64,000 nt of DNA from Dehalococcoidales bacterium (GTDB taxonomy: Bacteria > Chloroflexota > Dehalococcoidia > Dehalococcoidales > UBA5760), in contig JAQUQE010000002.1 in NCBI GenBank assembly GCA_028716225.1, positions 140,613 through 204,612 of the forward strand, given 5' to 3'. A program made the translations under genes and the position numbers. The number at the start of each line of letters is the position of its first letter. The first letter of the stretch is position 1. The notes beneath the pieces are model-generated. The model saw only the letters and a list, made by a program, of their open reading frames with translations, had not been told where the DNA came from and made no database searches. Shown here piece after piece: positions 11,061 to 21,641 of this stretch.

Positions 11061-12038
11061 CTAAGACAGCCTCAAGGAGGGGAATACATCCAGTTCCAGA
11101 CCATCCACCTTACCGGCCCGAAGGCGGTGGTATCCACAAGCAGCAATCATAGCCGCATTATCGGTACACAGGATAGGCTCCGGAATCAGTACCGTTACCG
11201 GAGAAGCCATCACCATCTGCTGGCGGAGAAATTTGTTCGACGCCACCCCACCAACCAGCAGAATATGCTTTACATGGTATTTTTTAGCAACAGCTACAGT
11301 TTTAGCCACCATAACCTCAACCACCGCTTTCTGAAAAGAAGCCGCCGCATCCGCCGCCGATGATACTTGTCCTCCCTCTGCCAACCGCAGCAAAGCGGTC
11401 TTTACCCCGCTGAAGCTGAAGTCGTTACTACCTCTCAGCCAGGCACGCGGCAGACTCAGGCAAGCAGAGCCGCCTGCCGCCGCCTGCTCAATAGCAGGAC
11501 CACCAGGATAGCCCAAGCCCAGAATTCTGGCTGCTTTGTCGAATGCCTCGCCGGCGGCATCATCCCTGGTCATTCCTAACAGCACATAATCCCCATGCCC
11601 CTTCATCAGTACCAGGTCACTGTGACCGCCGGAGACAATAAGGCACAAAATAGGAAACCCAATACTCCGGTAACTGAGCCAGCCGGCATAGATATGCCCC
11701 TCAAGGTGATTGACACCGACAAGGGGTAGGCCATGAGCAAAGGCAATTGCTTTGGCTGTATTCGTTCCCACCAGAAGCGAACCAGCCAGTCCGGGGCCGA
11801 TAGTAACAGCGACAGCCGCTAAGTCCCCCCAGCTGACTCCAGCCTCAACCATCGCCTGCTCAACTATCGGAATGATACTCAGGATGTGCTGCCGGGAGGC
11901 AACCTCAGGAACAATCCCGCCATACCGGGCATGGATCTCTACCTGCGAAGCAATCTTGTTGGATAATATGACGGTACCTTCCTCAACCACCGCAGCCGCC
12001 GTCTCATCGCAGGAGGTCTCAATGCCCAAGATTTTCAT
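11061..12038 (-). CDS. tsaD: tRNA N6-adenosine threonylcarbamoyltransferase
   Basis: [17 protein letters not shown].. N-terminus and Kae1/TsaD family motifs (HLEGH, GGVASN). Start moved to the internal ATG at 12038; the track ORF extends to 12095. Confidence 0.9.
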   Translation of the reverse strand: MKILGIETSCDETAAAVVEEGTVILSNKIASQVEIHARYGGIVPEVASRQHILSIIPIVEQAMVEAGVSWGDLAAVAVTIGPGLAGSLLVGTNTAKAIAFAHGLPLVGVNHLEGHIYAGWLSYRSIGFPILCLIVSGGHSDLVLMKGHGDYVLLGMTRDDAAGEAFDKAARILGLGYPGGPAIEQAAAGGSACLSLPRAWLRGSNDFSFSGVKTALLRLAEGGQVSSAADAAASFQKAVVEVMVAKTVAVAKKYHVKHILLVGGVASNKFLRQQMVMASPVTVLIPEPILCTDNAAMIAACGYHRLRAGKVDGLELDVFPSLRLS

Positions 12039-12175
12039 ACTCCCGAAATTATAGCACAGATTACCCGCGTTGAGACAATGTCCCCCTTTTGACACCCCTC
12101 ATAGCCAATGCTATGATGGACTAAAAAGGGAAAATTGGAAGCTTCAATCTGTTTCTAAGAATGGGGTGATGATAT

Positions 12176-13462
12176 ATGAATACCACAGAAACGGTATATC
12201 TGGTTATCCTCATCGTCTGCCTCTTGCTGTCCGCCTTCTTCTCCAGTTCGGAAACAGCCTTTACCGCCCTGCAGAGGATAAGGGTCGAGCACCTGGTCAG
12301 CACCAAAGTGCCCGGCGCGGCGCGGATAGCCAGAATGATGCAGCATCCGGAGAAGCTGCTCTCCGCTATCCTGACCGGCAACAACCTGGTCAATACAGCA
12401 GCGGCATCACTGGCTACAGTACTCGCCGTCTCTTTCTGGGGAGAGCGGGGCATCCTGATTGCCACGATAGGAATGACCATCATACTCCTGATTTTCTGTG
12501 AAACGACTCCTAAAATCATCGCAGCTCACAATGCCGAAAGAACGGCGATAAGAACAGCGCGGGCAGTAGAGATAGCCCAGGCAGTGTTTACCCCGGCTGT
12601 GCTGGCACTAAGCTCAATAGCAACCAGACTGAGCAAAATGGCCGGCGGGGAGCCGGTATCACGATCGCTGGTCAGTGAAGAGGAAATCCGTACCATGATA
12701 TCGGTAGGGCATAAGGAGGGAACAGTTGAAGAAGCTGAGGCGGAGATGCTGCACAATGTTTTTGACTTCGGCAACCGGCCGGTTCTGGAGGTTATGATAC
12801 CGCGTCCGGAGGTGATCGCCATAGAGCAGGGCTCGACAGTAGCCGATTTTCTCACTACCTATGCTGAATCGCCCCTTTCTCGCTTTCCGGTATACAAGGA
12901 GAACATGGACAACGTGGTCGGTATACTCTCCATCAAGGACGTGTTGATGGCACTTGCCAAGGGCAATATCGACCAAAAAAGCAGCATCGATGACCTCGTC
13001 CGCCCCGCCTACTTTACTCCGGAGACCAAACGGATCAACGAACTCTTTGCCGAGATGAGGGACAACAACTATCGTATGGCAGTAATCGTAGATGAGTATG
13101 GCGGTACCGCTGGCGTGGTCAGTCTGAGCCGGCTGGTCGAAGAAATCGTCGGTCAGGTCGGAGACGAGTTGGCCAATATAGAAAAGGAATACGAAGCGAT
13201 TAACGAATACACATTCCAGGTTGACGGCAGTATGCGTATCGATGAAGCCAACGAAGAAATGCAGCTCGGACTACCCGATGGTGAAGACTACGAGACAGTA
13301 GCCGGCTTCATCCTCAATCTGCTGGGGCATATCCCGAGACGGGGAGAACAGTTAAAGTACAAGGGCTTAAAGATAGTGATAACCAAGATGCGCGGGCTGA
13401 AAATAGAAGAGGTCCTACTGACCAAGGAAAAGCAGAAGCAGAATGTACCGCCTCAGGGTTAG
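12176..13462 (+). CDS. Hemolysin-family/CNNM transporter-like protein (DUF21-CBS pair-CorC_HlyC)
   Basis: N-terminal membrane helices, a CBS-pair region, and a C-terminal CorC/HlyC-like domain (ETVAGFILNLLGHIPRRGE). Confidence 0.85.
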   Translation: MNTTETVYLVILIVCLLLSAFFSSSETAFTALQRIRVEHLVSTKVPGAARIARMMQHPEKLLSAILTGNNLVNTAAASLATVLAVSFWGERGILIATIGMTIILLIFCETTPKIIAAHNAERTAIRTARAVEIAQAVFTPAVLALSSIATRLSKMAGGEPVSRSLVSEEEIRTMISVGHKEGTVEEAEAEMLHNVFDFGNRPVLEVMIPRPEVIAIEQGSTVADFLTTYAESPLSRFPVYKENMDNVVGILSIKDVLMALAKGNIDQKSSIDDLVRPAYFTPETKRINELFAEMRDNNYRMAVIVDEYGGTAGVVSLSRLVEEIVGQVGDELANIEKEYEAINEYTFQVDGSMRIDEANEEMQLGLPDGEDYETVAGFILNLLGHIPRRGEQLKYKGLKIVITKMRGLKIEEVLLTKEKQKQNVPPQG

Positions 13463-14090
13463 GTTTAAACGTGGCGAGGAGATAAAATTTATCTCCCACC
13501 TTGATTTGATACGCCTATGGCAGAGAGCGCTGCACCGGGCAAGGCTCCCGCTGGCCTACTCAAAAGGGTTCAGCCCCCACCCACAAATATCGATGGCTAT
13601 GCCGCTAGCAATCGGGGTAACCAGCGAAGCCGAGCTTGCCGACATCTTCTTAGACACGCCGGTCTCCCCCCACTTCTTCAACGCAGCCTTAAGCCAGCAG
13701 CTACCACCGGGTATCGAGATATTACAGGTACATCCCATCTCTCCCCACCAACCCTCGCTACAATCACAGACCAGCTTCGCCGAATACGTGGTTACTATAG
13801 CAACGGACAAGGAGACGAAGGAGATAGAAGCAAATATCACCAGACTGCTTTCCGCCGAGCACCTACCCTGGCAGCACCAGAGAGACACCGGTACACGAAG
13901 CTACGACCTGAGGGCACTAATCTCCGACCTGTGGCTTATAGACCGGTTCCCTACCTGCTGCACAATTGGCATGAAACTGCGCTGCGACAGCAACGGATCG
14001 GGAAGGCCGGAGCAGGTTTCCCTCGCCCTTGGCTTCATTGAGCAGCCCCGGTCAATACACCGCACCAAGCTCATACTAAAGACAGCCTAG
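13443..14090 (+). CDS. DUF2344 / TIGR03936-like radical-SAM-associated protein
   Basis: YRLRVRFKRGEEIKFISHLDLIRLWQRALHRARLPLAYSKGFSPHP is the characteristic N-terminus of this family. Overlaps the upstream gene by 20 nt. Confidence 0.7.
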   Translation: MYRLRVRFKRGEEIKFISHLDLIRLWQRALHRARLPLAYSKGFSPHPQISMAMPLAIGVTSEAELADIFLDTPVSPHFFNAALSQQLPPGIEILQVHPISPHQPSLQSQTSFAEYVVTIATDKETKEIEANITRLLSAEHLPWQHQRDTGTRSYDLRALISDLWLIDRFPTCCTIGMKLRCDSNGSGRPEQVSLALGFIEQPRSIHRTKLILKTA

Positions 14091-14106
14091 TAAAACGGGG
14101 ACCCAT

Positions 14107-15546
14107 ATGAAGGAGAATAAGGATAATAGAAAACCTTTGGAACTGAGGGTACTGGACTTCATCCGGGAACACCACCTGGTACCGGTAGACTCCTGCTTGC
14201 TGGTAGCGGTATCCGGCGGCCCAGACTCAGTCTGCCTGCTGCACATACTGCTCAGACTGAAGGACGAACTTGGCATCAGACTGCACCTGGCTCACCTCAA
14301 CCACCAGCTGCGCGGCACCGAGTCTGAGGCCGATGCCCGCTACGTTGACGAGATGGCCCGTCAGCTCGGTATCCCGGCTACGGTGGCAAGAGGTGATGTC
14401 GCAAGACATCAAGCGGAAAAACGCATCTCACTGGAGGAAGCCGCCCGTGAGGTGCGCTATACCTTCCTCGCCGAGACAGCCAGGTCAGTAGGAGCAGACC
14501 GGGTCGCGGTAGGACACACCAGTGATGACAATGTAGAGACGATACTGATGCACCTGGTGCGAGGTACTGGTACCACCGGGCTGCAAGGACTAAAGCCATA
14601 TCTAAAGTGGCGGATGGCCGGTGGAGATTTTGCCGTAATCAGACCCCTCCTCACCGTAAGCCGCGGGGATACCGCCGGCTACTGTCAGGAGCAAGAACTC
14701 AAGCCCAGGACTGATACCTCCAACTTTTCACTATCTCCCCTGAGAAACAAGATACGCCATCAACTGTTACCTCTCCTCAAGGGCTATAACCCGGGGATAG
14801 AGCAGGCAATACTGAGGACGGCTCGCATTGCCGCCAGTGAAATCGCTTTCCTTGAGGAAGAAGGTGCACGATTATGGAAGGAAATTGTGCGGAGTCAGAA
14901 TGACATTATTATCCTGGATAAGGAAAGCTTCCTCAAACTACCACCCGCACTCAAGCGACATCTCCTACGAATGGCTTTCCAAAGGCTGATGGGCAACCTC
15001 AAGGATATCGAGACACGCCATATCGAAGAAATAATGGAAATCCTGAACAAGCCGGCCGGGAAAAGGCTTAATCTACCCGGCGGCCTGACCTTCTCGGTAG
15101 AGTACCAGAACTACCTGCTCGGTGAAGACTCCCCGGTCCTATCCCCCTTCCCCAGACTGGATGGTACGTGGACGCTAAATCTACAGGGAAAAACGGTACT
15201 GCCCGGCTGGCACGTCAATGCGGAACTCATAAACCAGCCGCAACCAGCAATGGAAAAGAGGGACAACCCGCTTAGCGCCCACCTCAATCTGGACAGGGCC
15301 GGTAATAGCCTGACAGTGCGCAGCCGTCAGATCGGAGACCGTTTTCAACCGCTAGGAATGAGTCAACCCAAAAAACTGGGCAGGTTCATGATTGATGCCC
15401 GAATCCCCGCCGCATGGCGGGATCGAGTCCCCATAGTCTGCTCCCGCGAACAGATACTGTGGGTAGTCGGCTGGCGCATAGATGACAGGGTAAAGGTTAC
15501 CGACAACACCGAGCGGATACTACGGCTGGAGTTTGAACGGGGCTAG
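14107..15546 (+). CDS. tilS: tRNA(Ile)-lysidine synthase
   Basis: PP-loop VAVSGGPDS, plus the TilS substrate-binding and C-terminal domains (..ILWVVGWRIDDRV). Confidence 0.88.
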   Translation: MKENKDNRKPLELRVLDFIREHHLVPVDSCLLVAVSGGPDSVCLLHILLRLKDELGIRLHLAHLNHQLRGTESEADARYVDEMARQLGIPATVARGDVARHQAEKRISLEEAAREVRYTFLAETARSVGADRVAVGHTSDDNVETILMHLVRGTGTTGLQGLKPYLKWRMAGGDFAVIRPLLTVSRGDTAGYCQEQELKPRTDTSNFSLSPLRNKIRHQLLPLLKGYNPGIEQAILRTARIAASEIAFLEEEGARLWKEIVRSQNDIIILDKESFLKLPPALKRHLLRMAFQRLMGNLKDIETRHIEEIMEILNKPAGKRLNLPGGLTFSVEYQNYLLGEDSPVLSPFPRLDGTWTLNLQGKTVLPGWHVNAELINQPQPAMEKRDNPLSAHLNLDRAGNSLTVRSRQIGDRFQPLGMSQPKKLGRFMIDARIPAAWRDRVPIVCSREQILWVVGWRIDDRVKVTDNTERILRLEFERG

Positions 15547-15555
15547 CAGCGAAAA

Positions 15556-17758
15556 CTAGGCAAGCAGGATTCGAGCATCAACCACCACATAGCCACCACC
15601 CCACTCCAGAACCTTTACCGGATTAAGGTCAAGCTCCAATATCTGCGGCAGGTCTTCCACCATTGCCGATATCCTTAACAGAAGCTCCTCAAGCGATCCG
15701 ACATCAGAGGGGCTCGCCCCGCGCCAGCCAGCAAGAAGTTGATAGGCCTTAACCGAACGCACCATCTCCCGGGCATCCTCATCAGTAAGCGGATGAATAC
15801 GAAAGGTAACATCTTTGAACAGCTCGGTATAAATTCCCCCCATACCAAGCATAATCAGTGGGCCAAAAGAGGGGTCCTGGGTCACGCCGACAATTACCTC
15901 GACCCCCCCCGGATATCATCTGTTGCACGGTGACACCGAGCATTTCGTCAGCAAACCCATCATGCTCCAGACGTTCCCGCATCCGAACGAAGGCGCGTTC
16001 TACCTCCTTCGGCGAGCGAAGGTCAAGGACCACGCCACCCACCTCCGTCTTATGCACAATCGAGGCAGCGTTAAGCTTGAGTGCAACCGGAAAACCAATC
16101 TCCTTAGCCGCTCTGGATGCTTCCCCGGCGGTCCCGGCCGACTCCGCCACCACGGTATTGATCCCGTAGGAATTTAGCAGGCGGATAACAGAACCGGTAT
16201 CGAGCCAAAAAGGATGAATCTTGCTCCGTTCCACAGCCGAGGTAATTATTTCACAGGCCATCTGCCTATCAATACCATCGAGCTTCACTATGCTGCCTTT
16301 GGGCCGCTTCAACCATTCACTATACTCATAGGCCCTGCCCAGTGCCACCGCCGCAGATTCAGGGAAGATATAACACGGGACACCCCCCTTTTCTGCCGAG
16401 CCGGGGCCCAGACCAAGCCTGTCTACCGGTGAAGCCATAAACGAAGCAACAATAGTCTTACCGTGCTGACGAAACTGCGGCGCTACTTCCCGAACAGCAT
16501 CGGCAACTCCGCCGGGATCGGTAAGCATCGGCGGAATGAAGATGACAATAACGATATCTACCACATCATCCTGCACCAGCAGCTCCAAAGCCCGACGGTA
16601 CATTTCGGCGTTAGCCGCGGCGGTCATATCAATTGGATTAGCCAGGCTTACCTGATGTGGCATGAAGCGTTTAAGAGCGGTAATAGTGCTCTCGGAGAGG
16701 TCGGGGAACTCCAATCCCCGGGCAACACAGGCATCCGCGGTCATAATACCGGGGCCACCGGCATTAGTCAGGATAGCTACTCTATTCCCCGAAGGTATCG
16801 GCTGACGGGAGAGGAGATTAGCGATATCAAAAAGCTCCTCCAAAGTATCCACCCGGATTATACCGGCCTGCTTAAACAGGGCTTCAGAAGCCACCTCGGC
16901 AGTAGCCAGAGCGCCGGTGTGCGACGCCGCTGCCCGGGAACCTGCCGGAGTTCGCCCACTCTTAACCGCTACTATCGGTTTGACCGGCGTTATGCTACGG
17001 GCGACCCGGGCAAATTTCCTTGGCTTTCCGAAAGACTCCAGGTAAAGAAGAATAATGTCAGTAGCCGGGTCTCCCTGCCAGTACTCAAGCAAATCAGTAC
17101 TGGACACATCAGCATTATTACCCACACTGACAAAGGTGGAGAGTCCCATGTTAAGACTGCGGGCATATTCCAGAATGGCAAGCCCGAAAGCACCGCTCTG
17201 GGTGCTGAAAGCGATGTTCCCGATAGGCGGAAAGACTGAGGAAAAAGTGGCATTCATATTAACCTGAGGGGCGGTATTGATGATTCCCATACAGTTTGGT
17301 CCCAAAAGACGCATTCCGTAGCGGCGTACCGCATCGAGCAGCCTCTCCTGCCTCACCTTGCCCTCAGCACCGCTTTCGGCAAAACCAGCCGATATCACCA
17401 CAACACTCGGAATACCCTTTTGCCCGCACTCTTCAACCACATGCAGGACATCCTCAGCCGGTACGATAACCACCGCCAGATCCACCATCCCCGGTATATC
17501 AAGAACAGAGGGATACGTTTTTACCGAGGCTACCATTTCCGCATGCGGGTTTACCGGATAGACAACACCGTTAAACTCCTGATGTAAGATGTTATGAAAG
17601 AGCTGATTACCGATAGTACCCTTCTTCCTCGAAGCGCCAATAACGGCTATCGCCCGGGGTTCGAGAAAACTCTTCAGCGAGGCGATATCAGCAGCTTCAT
17701 CACGTTCCACCATCCCCTCCCCAATTACCAGGGCTTTCGGCTTTTCAACACGTGTCAT
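15556..17758 (-). pseudogene. ADP-forming acetyl-CoA synthetase (acetate--CoA ligase, fused alpha/beta), reading frame broken in a G8 homopolymer
   Basis: The 666-aa ORF (CoA-binding, succinyl-CoA-synthetase-like and ATP-grasp domains) reads ..QQMISGGG then turns to nonsense. The 109-aa ORF 15556..15885 continues the same protein in another frame. Deleting one G from the run at 15903-15910 restores ..[34 protein letters not shown]... Start chosen at ATG 17758 (GGGAGGG RBS). Confidence 0.8.
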
Positions 17759-17803
17759 ATCACCAACCCTCCCACCTATCACTACACCCGCTGCTGACTA
17801 CGG

Positions 17804-18820
17804 TTAGATACACCTGCCTGCTGCTTCAGCAAATGGACCGAGTTCCGCCATCAGCCGGGCAAAGTCCGAGGGAGTAAGCGACTGGAGCCCGTCGACCAGG
17901 GCTCCTTTCGGGTTAGGATGAACCTCAATAAGCAGACCATCGGCACCAGCCGCCAGCGATGCTTTAGCCATCGCGGGTACCAGTGAATAATGACCGGCCG
18001 CGTGGCTAGGGTCGACTATTAAGGGTAAATGGCTGGACTGCTTAATCACCGGTATGGAACTGATATCCAGGGAAAAACGGGCGCTATCCTCGAATGTCCT
18101 GATTCCTCTCTCACACAGGATAACCTGATTATTCCCCTCAGCCAGCAGGTAATCAGCAGCAGTCAACCACTCGGTAACGGTACAGGCAAAGCCACGCTTG
18201 AGGAGAACAGGCCGCTTACTCCTGCCTACACTGCTAAGCAGAGCAAAGTTCTGCATATTCCGAGAGCCAATCTGGAGAATGTCGGCATATTCCGCAACCA
18301 GATCGACATCGTGAGGGTCGACCACTTCGGTGACCACCGGGATAGCGAATCGCTTCCTGACCCGTGCCAGAATTTCCAAACCGGCTTCTTCCAGACCCTG
18401 AAAGTTAAACGGAGAAGTACGGGGCTTAAAGGCACCGCCACGCAGGATACTGGCTCCGGACTCTTTTACCACCCGGGCCGAGGCTACCATCTGCTCCTCA
18501 CTCTCCACAGCGCAGGGCCCTGCCATAACGACAACACGCCTGCCTCCGACCTCAACCCCATTAACAGCAACCACGCTGTCCTTAGGCTTGAAGCCGCGGG
18601 AGGCAAGCTTATAGGGCTTCATAATCCGGGTGACACTCTCCACCCCGGGAAGTACGGCGAAAGAATCGGTAGGCAATCCACCCGTATTGCTACCCAGTAT
18701 GGCAACCACCGTTCGATCCGTACCGACATTCAACTGGACCTTCATCCCCATCGACTTGGCCCTCGCTACTACGTTATCTATCTCCTCACGGGTACTGCCC
18801 GTTCTCATTTCGACTATCAT
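17804..18820 (-). CDS. aroF: 3-deoxy-7-phosphoheptulonate (DAHP) synthase, type I-beta, with N-terminal ferredoxin-like regulatory domain
   Basis: Core GPCAVES..RGGAFKPRTSP..KRG.. motifs. The N-terminal ~70-aa extension resembles that of Thermotoga-type DAHPS. Start moved to ATG 18820. Confidence 0.88.
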   Translation of the reverse strand: MIVEMRTGSTREEIDNVVARAKSMGMKVQLNVGTDRTVVAILGSNTGGLPTDSFAVLPGVESVTRIMKPYKLASRGFKPKDSVVAVNGVEVGGRRVVVMAGPCAVESEEQMVASARVVKESGASILRGGAFKPRTSPFNFQGLEEAGLEILARVRKRFAIPVVTEVVDPHDVDLVAEYADILQIGSRNMQNFALLSSVGRSKRPVLLKRGFACTVTEWLTAADYLLAEGNNQVILCERGIRTFEDSARFSLDISSIPVIKQSSHLPLIVDPSHAAGHYSLVPAMAKASLAAGADGLLIEVHPNPKGALVDGLQSLTPSDFARLMAELGPFAEAAGRCI

Positions 18821-18908
18821 AATCTTACACCAACTCCTTTTCCGTCCCGGGGTTAACGGCAATACCCGGTTCGGTTACCATGATAGCTCCCAATATTAAG
18901 GCAAAGGA

Positions 18909-20450
18909 CTAATGGCGGAAATGCCTCACCCCGGTAAATACCATAGCGATATCATGCTCATCCGCCGCCTTAATCGAGTCTCCATCCCTGATTGACCCGC
19001 CGGGCTGGATGATAGCGGTCACTCCGCACTCCGCCGCCGCCTCAACGACATCAGAAAACGGGAACATGGCATCCGAAGCGAGCACGCTGCCCCTGGCCTT
19101 CTCACCGGCCTTTTCTCTGGCTATCCGAGCACTGACGATACGACTGGGCTGCCCTGCTCCCATACCCAGCAACATCCTGTCCTTAACCAGCAGAATAGCA
19201 TTGGACTTAACATGCTTGACGGCACGCCAGGCAAAGAGGAGATCGGCTGCCTCACCCTCGCTCGGTTTACGTTTGGTCACCATTCTTAGATTGACATCGC
19301 CTTCGGGCAGGGAGTCCGAGGACTGGACCAGAAGCCCTCCCTTCACCCTGCGTAAATCAAGGTAGGATGGTTCTTTTTCACCATATCCGGGAGGAAGTTC
19401 GGCAAGCAGAATACGCAGGCCCTGCTTCCCTTTCAGCAACTCCAGTGCCGCCGGTTCATACTCCGGAGCAACCACTATCTCGTAGAAGACCGCCTTCATC
19501 TCCTTAGCCATAGCCAGAGTAACCTTCCGGTTGGCAGCGACAATACCGCCATAGGCAGCTACTGGGTCACCGCTAAAGGCCCGCCGATAGGCCTCGGCAA
19601 TATCATTATGACTGGCCAGGCCACAGGGGTTGGTATGCTTAACCACGGACACGGTCGTTGCGGCAAAGTCAGTCACCGCTCCCCAGGCGGCATCAGCATC
19701 CAGAATATTATTAAAGGAAAGCTCCTTACCCCCCAGTTGCTCTGCCCAGGTGATACCGGTCGGCTTTTGACCTACACTCAGCTCGGCATAAAAGGCAGCC
19801 GACTGGTGAGGGTTCTCTCCATAACGCAGCCCGTAGCGCTTCTTCAGGGCTACCGTCATCTCATCGGGGAAGCCATCGGTATCCTGCCTCAGGTATTGGG
19901 CAATAGCCGTATCATAGACGGCAACGTGTTGAAAGGCCTTCTGGGCCAGTCGCTTGCGCTCAGTGAGGTCAATGCTCCCCCTCTTTAGTTCCTCCAGAAT
20001 CAGCGGGTAGTCGGCCGGGTCGACCACCACGATAACACCGGGGAAATTCTTGGCCGCTGCCCGCACCATAGTCGGTCCGCCGATATCAATATTCTCCAGT
20101 GCATCGGTAAGAGTCACCCCTTCCTTAGCTACTGTCTGGACAAAGGGATAAAGATTGACCGCCACCAGATCGATAGCCTCAATTTTATTCCTGGCCAGTT
20201 CCTCCATATGGCTAGCCAAATCACGCCTGGCCAGAATACCACCGTGTACCATGGGATGAAGGGTCTTCACCCGGCCATCAAGAATCTCGGGAAAGCCGGT
20301 AATATCGGAGACAACCTTGACCGGTACCCCGGCCTCAGCCAGTACTTTCTTGGTACCTCCGGTACTGAAGACCTCAAACCCCAACTGGCTCAGAACCCTG
20401 GCAAAGTCGGCCACTCCCGCCTTATCAGATACGCTGATGATAGCTCGCAT
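18909..20450 (-). CDS. purH: Bifunctional AICAR transformylase / IMP cyclohydrolase
   Basis: RAIISVSDK..STGGT (MGS-like domain) and the C-terminal AICARFT domain ending ..FTGVRHFRH. Confidence 0.95.
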   Translation of the reverse strand: MRAIISVSDKAGVADFARVLSQLGFEVFSTGGTKKVLAEAGVPVKVVSDITGFPEILDGRVKTLHPMVHGGILARRDLASHMEELARNKIEAIDLVAVNLYPFVQTVAKEGVTLTDALENIDIGGPTMVRAAAKNFPGVIVVVDPADYPLILEELKRGSIDLTERKRLAQKAFQHVAVYDTAIAQYLRQDTDGFPDEMTVALKKRYGLRYGENPHQSAAFYAELSVGQKPTGITWAEQLGGKELSFNNILDADAAWGAVTDFAATTVSVVKHTNPCGLASHNDIAEAYRRAFSGDPVAAYGGIVAANRKVTLAMAKEMKAVFYEIVVAPEYEPAALELLKGKQGLRILLAELPPGYGEKEPSYLDLRRVKGGLLVQSSDSLPEGDVNLRMVTKRKPSEGEAADLLFAWRAVKHVKSNAILLVKDRMLLGMGAGQPSRIVSARIAREKAGEKARGSVLASDAMFPFSDVVEAAAECGVTAIIQPGGSIRDGDSIKAADEHDIAMVFTGVRHFRH

Positions 20451-20512
20451 CAATTCCCCCAATCTATTTTAGATTTCACCTTATTCCTCCAAACCACCCT
20501 GCACAATTGCTC

Positions 20513-21520
20513 CTACCGGATAACCACCCCTTTCTTTCCCTGCCGCCCCACCGCCTCACCGATGACCTTCGCCTCAGGCAAGGCCCGGATAATCTCACCG
20601 GTATGATCCTCCGCACAAAATAGCACCATGCCAATACCCATATTGAAGACACGGTACATCTCGTCCCGGGCCACTTTACCCCGCTCCTGAATGAGATGGA
20701 ATACAGGTGGCACCGACCAGCAACGGCTGTCAAACCCCGCCGCGACACCGTCAGGAAGGATACGGGGCACATTCTCAGTCAGACCGCCGCCGGTGATATG
20801 CGCCATACCCTTAATCAGAGACATAAACGGCTTGAGCTGATTATAGTAACAGCGGTGAGGAGTCAGCAGCTCCTCGCCCAGGGTCTTACCAAGCTCAGGG
20901 TAATAGACCTCCAGAGACTGCCTGGTCTCACCGAAAACCTTACGCACCAGAGAGTAGCCGTTGGTATGCAGCCCGCTGGAGGGCAAGCCGATAATAATAT
21001 CGCCGACGGCTATCGTTTCCCCCTGAATGATCCTATCCTTCTCAACAACACCGATAATAAAACCGGCCAGATCATAGTCCTCCCCGGCGTACAGCCCGGG
21101 CATCTCGGCAGTTTCCCCGCCGATCAGAGCACAGCCGACCTCACGACAGGCCCGGGCCAGTCCCCCGACAATGGCTCCCACCCTTTCCGGCACTAACTTC
21201 CCCATCGCAATATAGTCGAGAAAAAAGAGCGGCTCAGCGCCGCCGGTAAGGATATCATTAACACAGTGATTAACAATATCGATGCCAATGGTATCGTGCC
21301 TGTCTAGAGCAGAGGCAATCTTCAACTTGGTACCAACGCCGTCGACGCTGGAGACCAGCACCGGCTGCCGATAGCCCTTGAATTCAAAGAGCCCTCCGAA
21401 AAAACCGAATCCTCCCAGAACCTCGGGACGAAGAGTCGAGCGGACGTGACTGGCTATCAGCTTTTTAGCCCGTAAAGCATTATCGATACTAACCCCCGCC
21501 TTAGTATATGCTTCGTCCAT
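20513..21520 (-). CDS. purM: Phosphoribosylformylglycinamidine cyclo-ligase (AIR synthetase)
   Basis: ..DGVGTKLKIA.., ..GGETAEMPG.., ..HITGGG... Confidence 0.95.
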   Translation of the reverse strand: MDEAYTKAGVSIDNALRAKKLIASHVRSTLRPEVLGGFGFFGGLFEFKGYRQPVLVSSVDGVGTKLKIASALDRHDTIGIDIVNHCVNDILTGGAEPLFFLDYIAMGKLVPERVGAIVGGLARACREVGCALIGGETAEMPGLYAGEDYDLAGFIIGVVEKDRIIQGETIAVGDIIIGLPSSGLHTNGYSLVRKVFGETRQSLEVYYPELGKTLGEELLTPHRCYYNQLKPFMSLIKGMAHITGGGLTENVPRILPDGVAAGFDSRCWSVPPVFHLIQERGKVARDEMYRVFNMGIGMVLFCAEDHTGEIIRALPEAKVIGEAVGRQGKKGVVIR

Positions 21521-21641
21521 TTATCCCACCTTTGCCGATAATTTCCCTATCAACGAATTATTAGAGAACACCGGATGCAACGCTACGGGAAAACAACTAA
21601 AACCGTAGGCAGCCGGAACCGTTAATTCCCAGTTGCCCGTT

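Noticed and set aside
20476-20772. 98-aa minus-strand ORF and other 60-170-aa ORFs overlapping purM/purH/purF
   Set aside because: They are out-of-frame overlaps with strongly supported purine biosynthesis genes, and none has motifs or an RBS.
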